Shown: piece after piece, positions 8,141 through 15,966 of the stretch
Numbering within the stretch: position 1 is the stretch's first letter
Layout: each line of letters starts with the position of its first letter
Virus genome (UHGV): UHGV-0108399
Reading direction: 5' to 3' (one strand)
Length of the DNA stretch: 34,947 nucleotides
Origin: a virus
Notes under the pieces: generated by a model
Told to the model about the DNA's origin: nothing
The model's input: the letters and a program-made list of their open reading frames with translations, nothing else
Databases searched by the model: none
Translations under genes and position numbers: made by a program

Positions 8141-8305
8141 ATAGACCTCCTGATGAACTTTGGTGGTGTGGTAGGTGGGAGACCCATTTCGACCTGTTTC
8201 GGCCTACTTCAATTCGGCAATAGTCCCGCAGGCCTCGCCGCTTTACGTGCGACATATTCCCGTCCATGAACCCTTCACTACACCCCAAAGTTCACTTTGG
8301 TTATT

Positions 8306-8320
8306 GCGCTTTGTCAGCGC
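8306..8320 (-). promoter_or_regulatory. nutL boxB hairpin (GCGCTGACAAAGCGC, P22-type GACAA loop)
   Basis: Transcribed-strand sequence is a 5-bp stem with GACAA pentaloop, identical in core to the boxB found downstream of cro; no canonical boxA seen next to it. Confidence 0.6.
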
Positions 8321-8388
8321 CGTAGATTCATATTCGAATCGTTGTATATTCACCGCCATGGTGAGTAGTGCGTCCTGCTGATGGCTAA

Positions 8389-8417
8389 ATAGTACGATGT
8401 GTACTTTATTGAGTCAA
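8389..8417 (-). promoter_or_regulatory. pL promoter (-35 TTGACT, 17-nt spacer, -10 TACTAT) overlapping OL operator palindromes
   Basis: Read on the minus strand; the spacer contains the perfect palindrome AGTAC-N5-GTACT (8391..8405); an imperfect second site lies at about 8416..8430. Confidence 0.55.
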
Positions 8418-8480
8418 TACAAAATGTTCTAAATATGGTTGGTTTTTTATAACACTTTGTATTTTATTGATTTATATTTT

Positions 8481-8512
8481 GGAAAAAGAAAACCCGACGC
8501 TAAGGTCGGGTT
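8481..8512 (-). terminator. Intrinsic terminator downstream of cI (AACCCGAC-loop-GTCGGGTT followed by TTTTCTTTTT)
   Basis: 8-bp stem followed by a T-rich run on the minus strand, about 30 nt after the cI stop. Confidence 0.5.
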
Positions 8513-8542
8513 ATTGTTGTGTGTTTTAGAGTGGTGATGCTG

Positions 8543-9202
8543 TTAACTAAATGTCTCTTCAGGCCACTGGCTGGCGATAACTTTCCCTACTACGGAACAG
8601 CTATCATTGCATGGGATCATTGGATATTGCGGGTTTAGTGGTTGTAGGAACACCTGACCGCTATCCCTGATCAGTTTCTTGAAGGTAAACTCCTCACCAC
8701 CAAGTCTGGCTATGCAGAAATCACCTGGCTCAACAGCCTGCTCAGGGTCAACGAGAATTAACATCCCGTCAGGAAAACTTGGCTTGGATCCTGTTGGTGC
8801 GGTCATGGAATTACCTTCAACTTCAAGCCAAAACGCACAATCACTGGCTTTTTTGGTTGTGCTGACCCATCTCTCCGCATCACCTTTGGTAAAGGTTCTA
8901 AGCTCAGGCGAGAACATCCCGGCCTGAACATGAGAAAAAACAGGGTACTCATATTGTTTTTTTACGGGGGCAGATGAGTATTCGCCAACAGGTGAAAATG
9001 TACCGTCGTGGTTGAATGAGACGTTATCAATACCAAGGTATTTAAACACCACACCAATCTCGTCAAGAGATGGATGACGAGATCCGCGCAACCAGTGACC
9101 AATTCCACCCTGCGTCATACCAAGCTCTTCAGCTAACTTCTCTTGAGTTATGCCGAGCTCTTTCATTCTGGATCTAGCCAGTTCATACCATTTCATTTTC
9201 AT
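8543..9202 (-). CDS. cI: CI-type prophage repressor (HTH N-domain + LexA/S24-like C-domain); start at 9202 or 9196
   Basis: C-terminal domain near-identical to the lambda cI C-domain ([39 protein letters not shown] ... [11 protein letters not shown]); N-terminal HTH ([27 protein letters not shown]) is not lambda-like. The track ORF start at 9277 lies in the operator region; AAGGA RBS supports 9202/9196. Confidence 0.85.
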   Translation of the reverse strand: MKMKWYELARSRMKELGITQEKLAEELGMTQGGIGHWLRGSRHPSLDEIGVVFKYLGIDNVSFNHDGTFSPVGEYSSAPVKKQYEYPVFSHVQAGMFSPELRTFTKGDAERWVSTTKKASDCAFWLEVEGNSMTAPTGSKPSFPDGMLILVDPEQAVEPGDFCIARLGGEEFTFKKLIRDSGQVFLQPLNPQYPMIPCNDSCSVVGKVIASQWPEETFS

Positions 9203-9211
9203 ATCCTTATT

Positions 9212-9287
9212 ATTACGCTCTGTACTAAAACCATCCATGCACAAGATGTATTTTTTGTTTGCATTCCAAGAGTACATATCGTATTAT
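9212..9287 (+). promoter_or_regulatory. OR operator region with pR promoter (-35 TTGCAT 9259..9264, -10 TATTAT 9282..9287)
   Basis: Candidate operator palindromes at 9212..9226 (ATTAC-N5-GTACT), 9238..9252 (weak) and 9271..9285 (AGTAC-N5-GTATT); the last sits in the pR spacer. Divergent pRM not precisely mapped. Confidence 0.5.
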
Positions 9288-9313
9288 TGTTTCATGGTTA
9301 CTATGGAGGGCAT

Positions 9314-9529
9314 ATGAGCAACCTACGAAAATATCGAGAGTCACTGAATATCTCTCAAACAACCCTTGCTAAGGCGGTTGGATGCACACAGGGGGCTATC
9401 GGACATTGGGAATCTGGTCGTCGCTTCCCAGACCTTAAAACATGCCGTGCTCTTGTTGCGTGCCTAAACAAGTTAGGCGCAAAAGTCAGTCTTGATGACG
9501 TGTTCCCGCCGGAACACCAAGCCGCTTAA
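9314..9529 (+). CDS. cro: Cro-like repressor (HTH_XRE type, 71 aa)
   Basis: MSNLRKYRESLNISQTTLAKAVGCTQGAIGHWESGRRFP...; GGAGGG RBS; recognition region resembles the cI N-domain (TQG-IGHW). The track ORF 9143..9529 is an upstream extension across OR. Confidence 0.8.
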   Translation: MSNLRKYRESLNISQTTLAKAVGCTQGAIGHWESGRRFPDLKTCRALVACLNKLGAKVSLDDVFPPEHQAA

Positions 9530-9539
9530 TAAGCGGATC

Positions 9540-9585
9540 CGCTCTTTTCACAATGGACATTCGTCCTACGTCGCTGACAAAGCGA
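9540..9585 (+). promoter_or_regulatory. nutR (boxA CGCTCTTT at 9540..9547; boxB CGCTGACAAAGCG at 9572..9584)
   Basis: boxA-like octamer followed about 24 nt later by a boxB hairpin identical to the nutL boxB core; immediately downstream of cro. Confidence 0.65.
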
Positions 9586-9670
9586 GTCCCAAGATATCTG
9601 ACCAACTAAGGCCATATGTGTTTCCACGCATACCTTTCAACTAACTATTCACTAATGGAAATATTAAGAA

Positions 9671-9967
9671 ATGACACAAGCAAGTTACAGCAAGCCAACA
9701 CAGCGAGAAATTGATCGCGCTGAAACTGATTTACTCATCAACCTGTCAACGCTTACCCAGCGCGGTCTGGCAAAGATGATTGGCTGTCATGAATCGAAGA
9801 TAAGCAGAACGGACTGGAGATTTATTGCTTCGGTCTTGTGTGCTTTCGGAATGGCATCAGACATCAGTCCGATTAGCAGGGCTTTTAAGTATGCGCTTGA
9901 TGAAATCACAAAGAAAAAATCCCCGGCCGCCACCGAGGATTTTAAGCAAATTGATATGCAATTCTGA
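9671..9967 (+). CDS. cII: CII transcriptional activator
   Basis: 98 aa; HTH region and C-terminus ([18 protein letters not shown]) resemble lambda cII (KKRPAATERSEQIQMEF). Confidence 0.8.
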   Translation: MTQASYSKPTQREIDRAETDLLINLSTLTQRGLAKMIGCHESKISRTDWRFIASVLCAFGMASDISPISRAFKYALDEITKKKSPAATEDFKQIDMQF

Positions 9968-9999
9968 GGGAATTACTGGATCAATCCACAGGAGTAATT

Positions 10000-10146
10000 A
10001 TGACAAAACAACTCAGTCCTTACCAGGACAAAATTCACAAACACATACTACGTGATCGCTTCCTGTCCAGCTTCAAGCAGCCTGGTCGATTCCGGTCTGA
10101 GTTGGAAAAAGTGAAGCTGATGCAGAAGGAGAAAGGTCATGAGTAA
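10000..10146 (+). CDS. Small hypothetical protein (48 aa) between cII and O
   Basis: Hand-translated ORF ([48 protein letters not shown]) with AGGAG RBS 6 nt upstream; 3' end overlaps the start of the O-like gene. Confidence 0.3.
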   Translation: MTKQLSPYQDKIHKHILRDRFLSSFKQPGRFRSELEKVKLMQKEKGHE

Positions 10147-10999
10147 TATTGCAACCGTAACACATTTAAGGCCTTCACAACGGCCTGTGGAGCGTCGTGT
10201 GGCAGAAGTTGAAGATGGTTATACCCGTCTTGCAAATGCCCTGTATGAAGAGCTTATCGGCGCAGATTTAACGAAAAATCAGAGCAAGGTTGCCCACGCC
10301 ATATGCCGTAAAACATACGGCTACGGTAAAAAGATGGATCGCATCTCTGATAGTCAGTTAGCTCAAATTACCAGGCTGCCAAGACAGAAGGTAAACAAGG
10401 CCAAGAATGAGCTTATCGCGATGAAGGTAATCCTTCGCGAAGGCCAGCAAATCGGGCCTAACAAGAACATCGAGGAATGGCAAATCGAAGGGTGTCACTA
10501 CTCTGGTGATAATGTCACTGCATTGGTGACAAAAAGTGTCACCAAAACGGTGACAGCGCTGTCACCAAAACAGGGACACACAAAAGAAACTATTACAAAA
10601 GAAAAAAGAAATAATAAAAACACTATGTCCGAAAGTGTTCGGACGGAGTGTGAAAAATCATCTGACCGTCACGAAGAAACCGACAAGGCATTCGAGGAAA
10701 TATTCTGGTGTGCAGGCATGCGGAAAGCCGGGAAGAAAAACGCAGCTTCAGCATTCAGAACACAGTTCAGGGAATGGCGTAAAACTACCAGGGGTACGGC
10801 AAGCGAGTTTGCCACGATGCTGGCAGAAGACATCGCATGCAGGAATGGTAAGCAGTTCGGATTCGACAGGTTGTTACCATCGAGCTACCTGAACGGTCAG
10901 CGCTGGAACGACGAAAAGCCAGAAACCATTCAACCACAATCCAAACCATCATCCGCAATCACCGTATCGAAAACTGGCTACGTGTTTTTCGACAGGTGA
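10139..10999 (+). CDS. O: Replication initiator, lambda O-like N-terminal domain
   Basis: N-terminal ~110 aa ([56 protein letters not shown] ... GPNKNIEEW) resembles the lambda O N-domain; C-terminal half is unrelated to lambda O. Confidence 0.8.
   Translation: MSNIATVTHLRPSQRPVERRVAEVEDGYTRLANALYEELIGADLTKNQSKVAHAICRKTYGYGKKMDRISDSQLAQITRLPRQKVNKAKNELIAMKVILREGQQIGPNKNIEEWQIEGCHYSGDNVTALVTKSVTKTVTALSPKQGHTKETITKEKRNNKNTMSESVRTECEKSSDRHEETDKAFEEIFWCAGMRKAGKKNAASAFRTQFREWRKTTRGTASEFATMLAEDIACRNGKQFGFDRLLPSSYLNGQRWNDEKPETIQPQSKPSSAITVSKTGYVFFDR
10504..10620 (+). repeat. Putative replication origin: GGTGAC / GTCACC iteron palindromes followed by an A-rich segment, inside the O-like gene
   Basis: GGTGATAATGTCAC, GGTGACAAAAAGTGTCACC and GGTGACAGCGCTGTCACC in tandem, then AAAAGAAACTATTACAAAAGAAAAAAGAAATAATAAAAA; architecture matches ori-lambda. 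Confidence 0.55.
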
Positions 11000-11106
11000 A
11001 CCATGAAATCAAAAATCAAATCGTTACTGGCCGCTGGTTATAACCACGGCTGGTTAAGTATTTCGTTTGTCGATTTCTGGTTTAAAAATCTCAATCTGAG
11101 GGAATC

Positions 11107-12987
11107 ATGACGCCAAGTGAACTTAGCGACCTGCTTTGGGCGCAGGTTGACAGGGTGGCTCCGCACCTGTTGCCAAACGGCAAGAAAGAGGGGCATGAGT
11201 GGGTTGCCGGTAACGTCAACGGTGACAAGGGAAACAGCCTTAAGGTCAACCTTAGCGGCAAGAAAAAATGGGCTGATTTCGCTGAGGGAGACGGCGGTGA
11301 CATGCTTGATTTGTGGATGGCATGTCGTGGAATTAACCTGCATCAGGCTATGCAGGAAGCGAAAGCCTTTCTCGGAATCAAGGATGACGATCACCATTTC
11401 GATGCCAAACGTGAGAAGAAATTCTCCAGACCTGACCGCAAGAAAATCGCCCGCTACGTTACCAGAACAGAATCCCATCTTGAGTACCTGCAATCGCGTG
11501 GCATATCGCCAGAAGTCGTAAAGCGCTACGAGGTTGTCAGCGGCAAGGTGTGGAATGGAGAACGAGAACTTGATGCACTGGTGCTTCCGTACAAACGCGA
11601 TGGTGAGTTGTTGCAGGTCAAGCGAATCAGCACTGAGCGCCCGGACGGGAAGAAAGTCATTATGGCAGAAGGTGATTGCGAACCTTGTCTGTTCGGATGG
11701 CAGGCTCTGGACGCTGGCGTGAGGGCGGTTGTACTTTGCGAAGGCGAAATTGATTGTATGAGCTATGCGCAATACGGCATCTCGGCGTTATCCGTGCCGT
11801 TTGGTGGCGGGAAAGGCGCTAAGCAACAGTGGATTGAGTTTGAGTATCACAACCTCGACAGGTTTGAGGAAATATTCATCTCGATGGATGTTGATGATGT
11901 TGGTCGTGAAGCCGCAAGGGAAATCGCAAGCCGACTCGGTGAACATCGTTGCCGTCTTGTTACTCTGCCGTACAAAGACATCAACGAATGCCTGATGAAC
12001 GGTGTTACCGAGGATGAAATCTGGCAGTACATCGGCACGGCATCCTACTTCGATCCTGAAGAACTCTACAGCGCGCGAGAGTTTTACCAGGACACTATCA
12101 ACGCTTTCTACGGCAAGCAGCAGTATCTGTTTAATCCACCGTGGGAATCTCTGGCAGATAAATTCCAGTTCCGTGAGGCAGAGTTGACGCTGGTCAATGG
12201 TGTGAACGGTCACGGAAAAACGGAGGTTGTCGGGCATATGGCACTTGAGGCAATGCGTCAGGGTGTGAAGACGTGCATCGCGTCACTTGAGCTGAAGCCT
12301 GGTATTCTCCTTAAGCGACTTACCCGTCAGGCAACGTGCTGCAAGATGCCGCCAGTGCTGGAAATTGACTCTGCATTTAAATTTTATGACGAAAGACTCT
12401 GGGTGTTTGGCCTGACCGGAACGGCGAAAGCCGACAGGCTGATCGAAATATTCGACTACGCTCGCCGCCGATACGGCATCCAGTTATTCATCATCGACAG
12501 CCTGATGAAATGCGGCATAGGTGACGATGATTATAACGGGCAGAAAGCATTTGTTGACTCGATTTGCGACTTCAAAAACAAAACAAACTCCCACGTCATT
12601 CTCGTTACTCACTCGCGAAAAGGAGACAGCGAAGAAAAACCAACCGGGAAAATGGACGTAAAAGGCTCTGGAGCGATAACAGACCTGACAGACAACCTTT
12701 TCATCATCTGGCGTAACAAGGCTCGCGAGAGAGCGTTACAGAGAGTTCAGAGTGGTGAAAAGATGTCAGAGAAGGACGAACAGCTACTGGCATCTCCGGC
12801 ATCTGTTTTGATGCTTGAAAAACAACGTAACGGCGAAGGTTGGGAAGGTGGCGTCCCGTTGTTCCTTGACGAGCAATCGCACCAGTTCCTGCAACTTGAA
12901 TCAGGATCGCCATATAGCTACATCGCCAATATGCCGAAATCGGAATATGACGAGGCGTGGCGACAGGAAAACGTGACGGAGTATTAA
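11107..12987 (+). CDS. Bifunctional primase-helicase (DnaG-like TOPRIM + SF4 DnaB/T7 gp4-like helicase)
   Basis: 626 aa; TOPRIM motifs (VVLCEGEIDCMSYAQ; ISMDVDDVGREAA); helicase Walker A NGVNGHGKTE and Walker B LFIIDSLMK; N-terminal region looks like a cysteine-poor relic of a primase zinc-binding domain. Confidence 0.8.
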   Translation: MTPSELSDLLWAQVDRVAPHLLPNGKKEGHEWVAGNVNGDKGNSLKVNLSGKKKWADFAEGDGGDMLDLWMACRGINLHQAMQEAKAFLGIKDDDHHFDAKREKKFSRPDRKKIARYVTRTESHLEYLQSRGISPEVVKRYEVVSGKVWNGERELDALVLPYKRDGELLQVKRISTERPDGKKVIMAEGDCEPCLFGWQALDAGVRAVVLCEGEIDCMSYAQYGISALSVPFGGGKGAKQQWIEFEYHNLDRFEEIFISMDVDDVGREAAREIASRLGEHRCRLVTLPYKDINECLMNGVTEDEIWQYIGTASYFDPEELYSAREFYQDTINAFYGKQQYLFNPPWESLADKFQFREAELTLVNGVNGHGKTEVVGHMALEAMRQGVKTCIASLELKPGILLKRLTRQATCCKMPPVLEIDSAFKFYDERLWVFGLTGTAKADRLIEIFDYARRRYGIQLFIIDSLMKCGIGDDDYNGQKAFVDSICDFKNKTNSHVILVTHSRKGDSEEKPTGKMDVKGSGAITDLTDNLFIIWRNKARERALQRVQSGEKMSEKDEQLLASPASVLMLEKQRNGEGWEGGVPLFLDEQSHQFLQLESGSPYSYIANMPKSEYDEAWRQENVTEY

Positions 12988-13016
12988 ATGACCATCTACA
13001 TCACTGAGCTTGTAAC

Positions 13017-13048
13017 AGGCCTGCTGGTAATCGCAGGCCTTTTTATTT
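13017..13048 (+). terminator. Intrinsic terminator after the primase-helicase gene (AGGCCTGC-loop-GCAGGCCT followed by TTTTTATTT)
   Basis: Perfect 8-bp GC-rich stem followed by a T-run on the plus strand. Confidence 0.6.
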
Positions 13049-13063
13049 GGGGGAGGGTAAATC

Positions 13064-13270
13064 GTGGCTGAGTTAATTTTCTCTGCATTGAGGATTCTCG
13101 GTGCTATGTGGATGGTGGTGACGTTCATTGTGGTTGCCAGCAGTTTTATCCGGTTGGTGGGTGAAGGTAAAGACATGGTGGGTGTGCTTTTCGGTAGCAT
13201 TCTCATGTGGGTGATTATCGGTGTTGCGCCTGTCGCTGTAGCAAAAATGGCGTGGCGTTTTGTGAGTTGA
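13064..13270 (+). CDS. Small hydrophobic membrane protein (68 aa, two predicted TM helices, GTG start)
   Basis: GGGGGAGGG RBS 7 nt before GTG; sequence almost entirely hydrophobic (ILGAMWMVVTFIVVASSF ... VLFGSILMWVIIGVAPVAVA). Confidence 0.45.
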   Translation: MAELIFSALRILGAMWMVVTFIVVASSFIRLVGEGKDMVGVLFGSILMWVIIGVAPVAVAKMAWRFVS

Positions 13271-13287
13271 ACTGATGGTAAGTACCG

Positions 13288-13665
13288 ATGGACGAATCAA
13301 GAAAGCAGTTTGAAGAAAGTTGGTTGCGACGTGGTGGCGAATCTTCAGACCTTATCCGTTACCCTGAAAATCACCATGAAATTGGCAGCGGTAATATTGG
13401 TGGTCAATACGTGATGGACGATGTTCAAGGCCACTGGCAAACGTGGCAGGCATCACGAGCAGCTATTGAACTGGATATCGACTGGCCCGAATCGAATGAC
13501 GACTTTTGGAAAGATGGTGAAGAAGGTGCTTATGCGATGGGTTATGAGGATGGGAGAGACAAAACGGTAATTGCAGTAATGAAAGCTATCAGAGCCGCTG
13601 GAATTAAAGAGAAGAATTTCGATGAAGCAAATATACATACTTCGCAACGAAGCAATCAGAAATAA
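13288..13665 (+). CDS. Hypothetical protein (125 aa)
   Basis: Track ORF upstream of ninB, overlapping its start by 44 nt. Confidence 0.45.
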   Translation: MDESRKQFEESWLRRGGESSDLIRYPENHHEIGSGNIGGQYVMDDVQGHWQTWQASRAAIELDIDWPESNDDFWKDGEEGAYAMGYEDGRDKTVIAVMKAIRAAGIKEKNFDEANIHTSQRSNQK

Positions 13666-14068
13666 CGCCATAGACGCCATTCTCTCACTACCCATCGACG
13701 AAAAGTCACCCCACGAAGTCCACGTTAGAGAACCCAAACGCAGCAAAGCGCAGAATGACCGTATGTGGCCGATGCTGAACGATGTTTCGCGTCAGGTGCT
13801 ATGGCATGGTCAACGGCTGGCGCCGGAAGACTGGAAAGACCTGTTCACTGCCCTGTGGCTTAAGACCAAAAAACTGGAGCAACGAAGTGTTCCTGGTATC
13901 GACGGTGGCGTTGTCATGCTTGGCGTGCGTACCAGCAAAATGCGAAAGGCCAGCATGACTGAGCTTATCGAAATCATGTTCTGGTTCGGCTCAGAGCGCA
14001 ACGTGCGGTGGAGTGATGACTCCCGGCGAGAGTATGAATGGTCACAACGAAAAGGGAGGGCGGCATGA
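13622..14068 (+). CDS. ninB: NinB (Orf-family recombination mediator)
   Basis: 148 aa; conserved segments ([19 protein letters not shown] ... WKDLFTA ... SERNVRWSD) resemble lambda NinB. Confidence 0.8.
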   Translation: MKQIYILRNEAIRNNAIDAILSLPIDEKSPHEVHVREPKRSKAQNDRMWPMLNDVSRQVLWHGQRLAPEDWKDLFTALWLKTKKLEQRSVPGIDGGVVMLGVRTSKMRKASMTELIEIMFWFGSERNVRWSDDSRREYEWSQRKGRAA

Positions 14069-14247
14069 GACGACAGCGACGAAGTTTCACCGACATAATC
14101 TGCGAAAACTGCAAATACCTTCCAACGAAACGCTCCAGAAACAAACGCAAGCCAATCCCAAAAGAATCTGACGTAAAAACCTTCAATTACACGGCTCACC
14201 TGTGGGATATACGGTGGCTTAGAGAACGTGCGAGGAAAACAAGGTGA
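14065..14247 (+). CDS. ninE: NinE-like small basic protein (60 aa)
   Basis: [60 protein letters not shown]; GGAGGG RBS; ATGA overlap with the ninB stop. Nin-family name is from memory and may be the wrong member. Confidence 0.5.
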   Translation: MRRQRRSFTDIICENCKYLPTKRSRNKRKPIPKESDVKTFNYTAHLWDIRWLRERARKTR

Positions 14248-14414
14248 TTGACCCAAATCGAAGTTACGAACAAGAAAGCGTCGAGCGGGCTTTAACGTGC
14301 GCTAACTGCGGTCAGAAGCTGCATGTGCTGGAAGTTCACGTGTGCTCCGATTGCTGCGCAGAACTGATGAGCGATCCGAATAGCTCAATGTACGAGGAAG
14401 AAGACGATGAATGA
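14244..14414 (+). CDS. Small Cys-rich protein (56 aa; CxxC ... CxxCC), NinF-like
   Basis: Hand-translated: (V)[55 protein letters not shown]; GTGA overlap with the upstream stop; 3' end overlaps the start of the Rha gene. End coordinate approximate. Confidence 0.4.
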   Translation: MIDPNRSYEQESVERALTCANCGQKLHVLEVHVCSDCCAELMSDPNSSMYEEEDDE

Positions 14415-15132
14415 GTTAATAAATGGCAATGCCATCAAAATGACAAGCATTGAAATCGCTGAGTTGGTAGAAAGTCGCCATAGCAATGTAAAAGTATCCA
14501 TAGATAGATTGGTGAAACGTGGCGTTATCAAGCCTCCTGCATTGCAGCACACTAACATAATCAATGATTTAGGTGTTATTACCGGGAAGCGTGATTTCTA
14601 CGTCTTCGAAGGCGAACAAGGAAAGCGAGACAGTATTGTCGTTGTAGCCCAGTTGTCGCCGGAATTCACCGCTCGTCTTGTTGACCGTTGGCGAGAGCTT
14701 GAAGAAACTGCGGTTAATATCCCCAAAACGCTACCAGAAGCGTTGCGCCTTGCTGCTGATCTTGCTGAGCAGAAAATGCAACTGGAAAACCAGCTCGCAA
14801 TTGCCGCACCTAAAGTTGAGTTTGCCGATCGAGTTGGCGAGGCCAGCGGAATTTTGATTGGAAACTTTGCAAAGGTTGTTGGAATTGGTCCAAACAAACT
14901 GTTTGCGTGGATGCGCGATCACAAAATCCTTATTGCTTCAGGTTCCCGGCGCAATGTGCCAATGCAGGAATATATGGATCGCGGCTATTTCACAGTGAAA
15001 GAAACAGCGGTCAACACAAATCACGGAATACAGATATCGTTCACCACAAAAATCACCGGACGTGGTCAACAGTGGCTGACCAGAAAGCTGCTCGATAACG
15101 GAATGCTGAAAGTAACAGGGGAGGCTGCTTAA
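14407..15132 (+). CDS. Phage regulatory protein Rha / antirepressor (Rha N-domain + KilA-C/ANT C-domain)
   Basis: N-terminal IEIAELVESRHSNVKVSIDRL... resembles Phage_pRha; C-terminal FAKVVGIGPNKLFAWMRDHKIL... resembles the KilA-C antirepressor domain. Confidence 0.7.
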   Translation: MNELINGNAIKMTSIEIAELVESRHSNVKVSIDRLVKRGVIKPPALQHTNIINDLGVITGKRDFYVFEGEQGKRDSIVVVAQLSPEFTARLVDRWRELEETAVNIPKTLPEALRLAADLAEQKMQLENQLAIAAPKVEFADRVGEASGILIGNFAKVVGIGPNKLFAWMRDHKILIASGSRRNVPMQEYMDRGYFTVKETAVNTNHGIQISFTTKITGRGQQWLTRKLLDNGMLKVTGEAA

Positions 15133-15422
15133 TGGCTAACCTACGCAAAGAAGCACGCGGCAGAGAATGCCAGGTACGTATTTACGGCGTATGCAATGGC
15201 AATCCTGAAACTACAGTTCTGGCACATTACCGGATGTCTGGAATTTGCGGAACGGGAATGAAACCTGACGACCTGATCGGTGCATGGGCTTGTAGCGCGT
15301 GTCACGATGAAATCGACCGACGCACCCATAATCTCGACAACAAAGACGCCAGACTTTACCACCTCGAAGGCGTGATCAGGACGCAGGCGATACTGCTGAA
15401 GGAGGGGAAGATTAAGTCATGA
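15132..15422 (+). CDS. YbcO-like DUF1364 Cys-rich protein (putative nuclease)
   Basis: 96 aa; RECQVRIYGVCNGNPETTVLAHYR ... CSACHDEIDRR resembles DLP12 prophage YbcO; sits immediately upstream of rusA, as in DLP12. Confidence 0.7.
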   Translation: MANLRKEARGRECQVRIYGVCNGNPETTVLAHYRMSGICGTGMKPDDLIGAWACSACHDEIDRRTHNLDNKDARLYHLEGVIRTQAILLKEGKIKS

Positions 15423-15781
15423 ACGAATATCAGTTTGTGCTTCCTTACCCGCCGTCGGTGAATACCTACTGGCGAAGACGGGGAAGCCAATACTACATCA
15501 GCGATAAAGGCCAGAAATACCGAAAAGACGTTCAGCAAATCATCCGCCAACTCAAGTTAGACATTTTCACCAAATCACGACTCCGCATAAAAGTCATCGC
15601 AGACGTTCCAGACTCCCGCCGCCGCGACCTCGATAACATCCTGAAAGGTTTACTCGACTCCCTTATCCATGCCGGATTTGCGGAAGACGACGAGCAATTC
15701 GATGACATTCGCGTAATTCGTGGTGTGAAAGTACCAGGCGGACGGCTTGGAATAAAAATCACCGAACTGGAGAACGTATGA
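15419..15781 (+). CDS. rusA: Holliday junction resolvase RusA
   Basis: 120 aa; LPYPPSVNTYWRRRG ... DVPDSRRRDLDNILKGLLDSLIHAGF ... GGRLGIKITE resembles E. coli RusA. Confidence 0.85.
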   Translation: MNEYQFVLPYPPSVNTYWRRRGSQYYISDKGQKYRKDVQQIIRQLKLDIFTKSRLRIKVIADVPDSRRRDLDNILKGLLDSLIHAGFAEDDEQFDDIRVIRGVKVPGGRLGIKITELENV

Positions 15782-15966
15782 ACGCCACAATTCAAACGAT
15801 ACCAGAGCTTCTTATCAAGACACGAGGCAATCAGACCGAAGTGGCGAGGATGCTTTCCTGCGCAAGAGGAACGGTGCTCAAGTACAACCGAGACAGCAAA
15901 GGCGAGCGTCACGTAATAGTTAACGGCGTCCTGATGGTCACGCCAGGCAAAAAGGGAAGACGATGA
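15778..15966 (+). CDS. ninH: NinH-like small DNA-binding protein
   Basis: 62 aa; TIPELLIKTRGNQTEVARMLSCARGTVLKY ... HVIVNGVLMV resembles lambda NinH. Confidence 0.6.
   Translation: MNATIQTIPELLIKTRGNQTEVARMLSCARGTVLKYNRDSKGERHVIVNGVLMVTPGKKGRR

Noticed and set aside
8091-8288. 65-aa ORF on the minus strand overlapping the N start and leader
   Set aside because: Overlaps the N RBS and start in another frame and runs into the nutL region; no independent support.
9203-9277. Upstream extension of the cI ORF (start at 9277)
   Set aside because: Would place the coding sequence across the operators and the pR -35; AAGGA RBS supports the start at 9202/9196.
9143-9313. Upstream extension of the cro ORF (track ORF 9143..9529)
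   Set aside because: Extension runs across the OR operators and pR; a GGAGGG RBS precedes the internal ATG at 9314, giving a Cro of typical size.
11038-11772. 244-aa ORF on the minus strand
   Set aside because: Lies entirely antisense within the well-supported primase-helicase gene; no RBS; typical antisense artefact of a long coding region.
12988-13071. 27-aa hydrophobic ORF starting at the primase-helicase stop (TAAATG)
   Set aside because: Its coding sequence is the GC-rich terminator hairpin itself; hydrophobic residues are a by-product of the palindrome.
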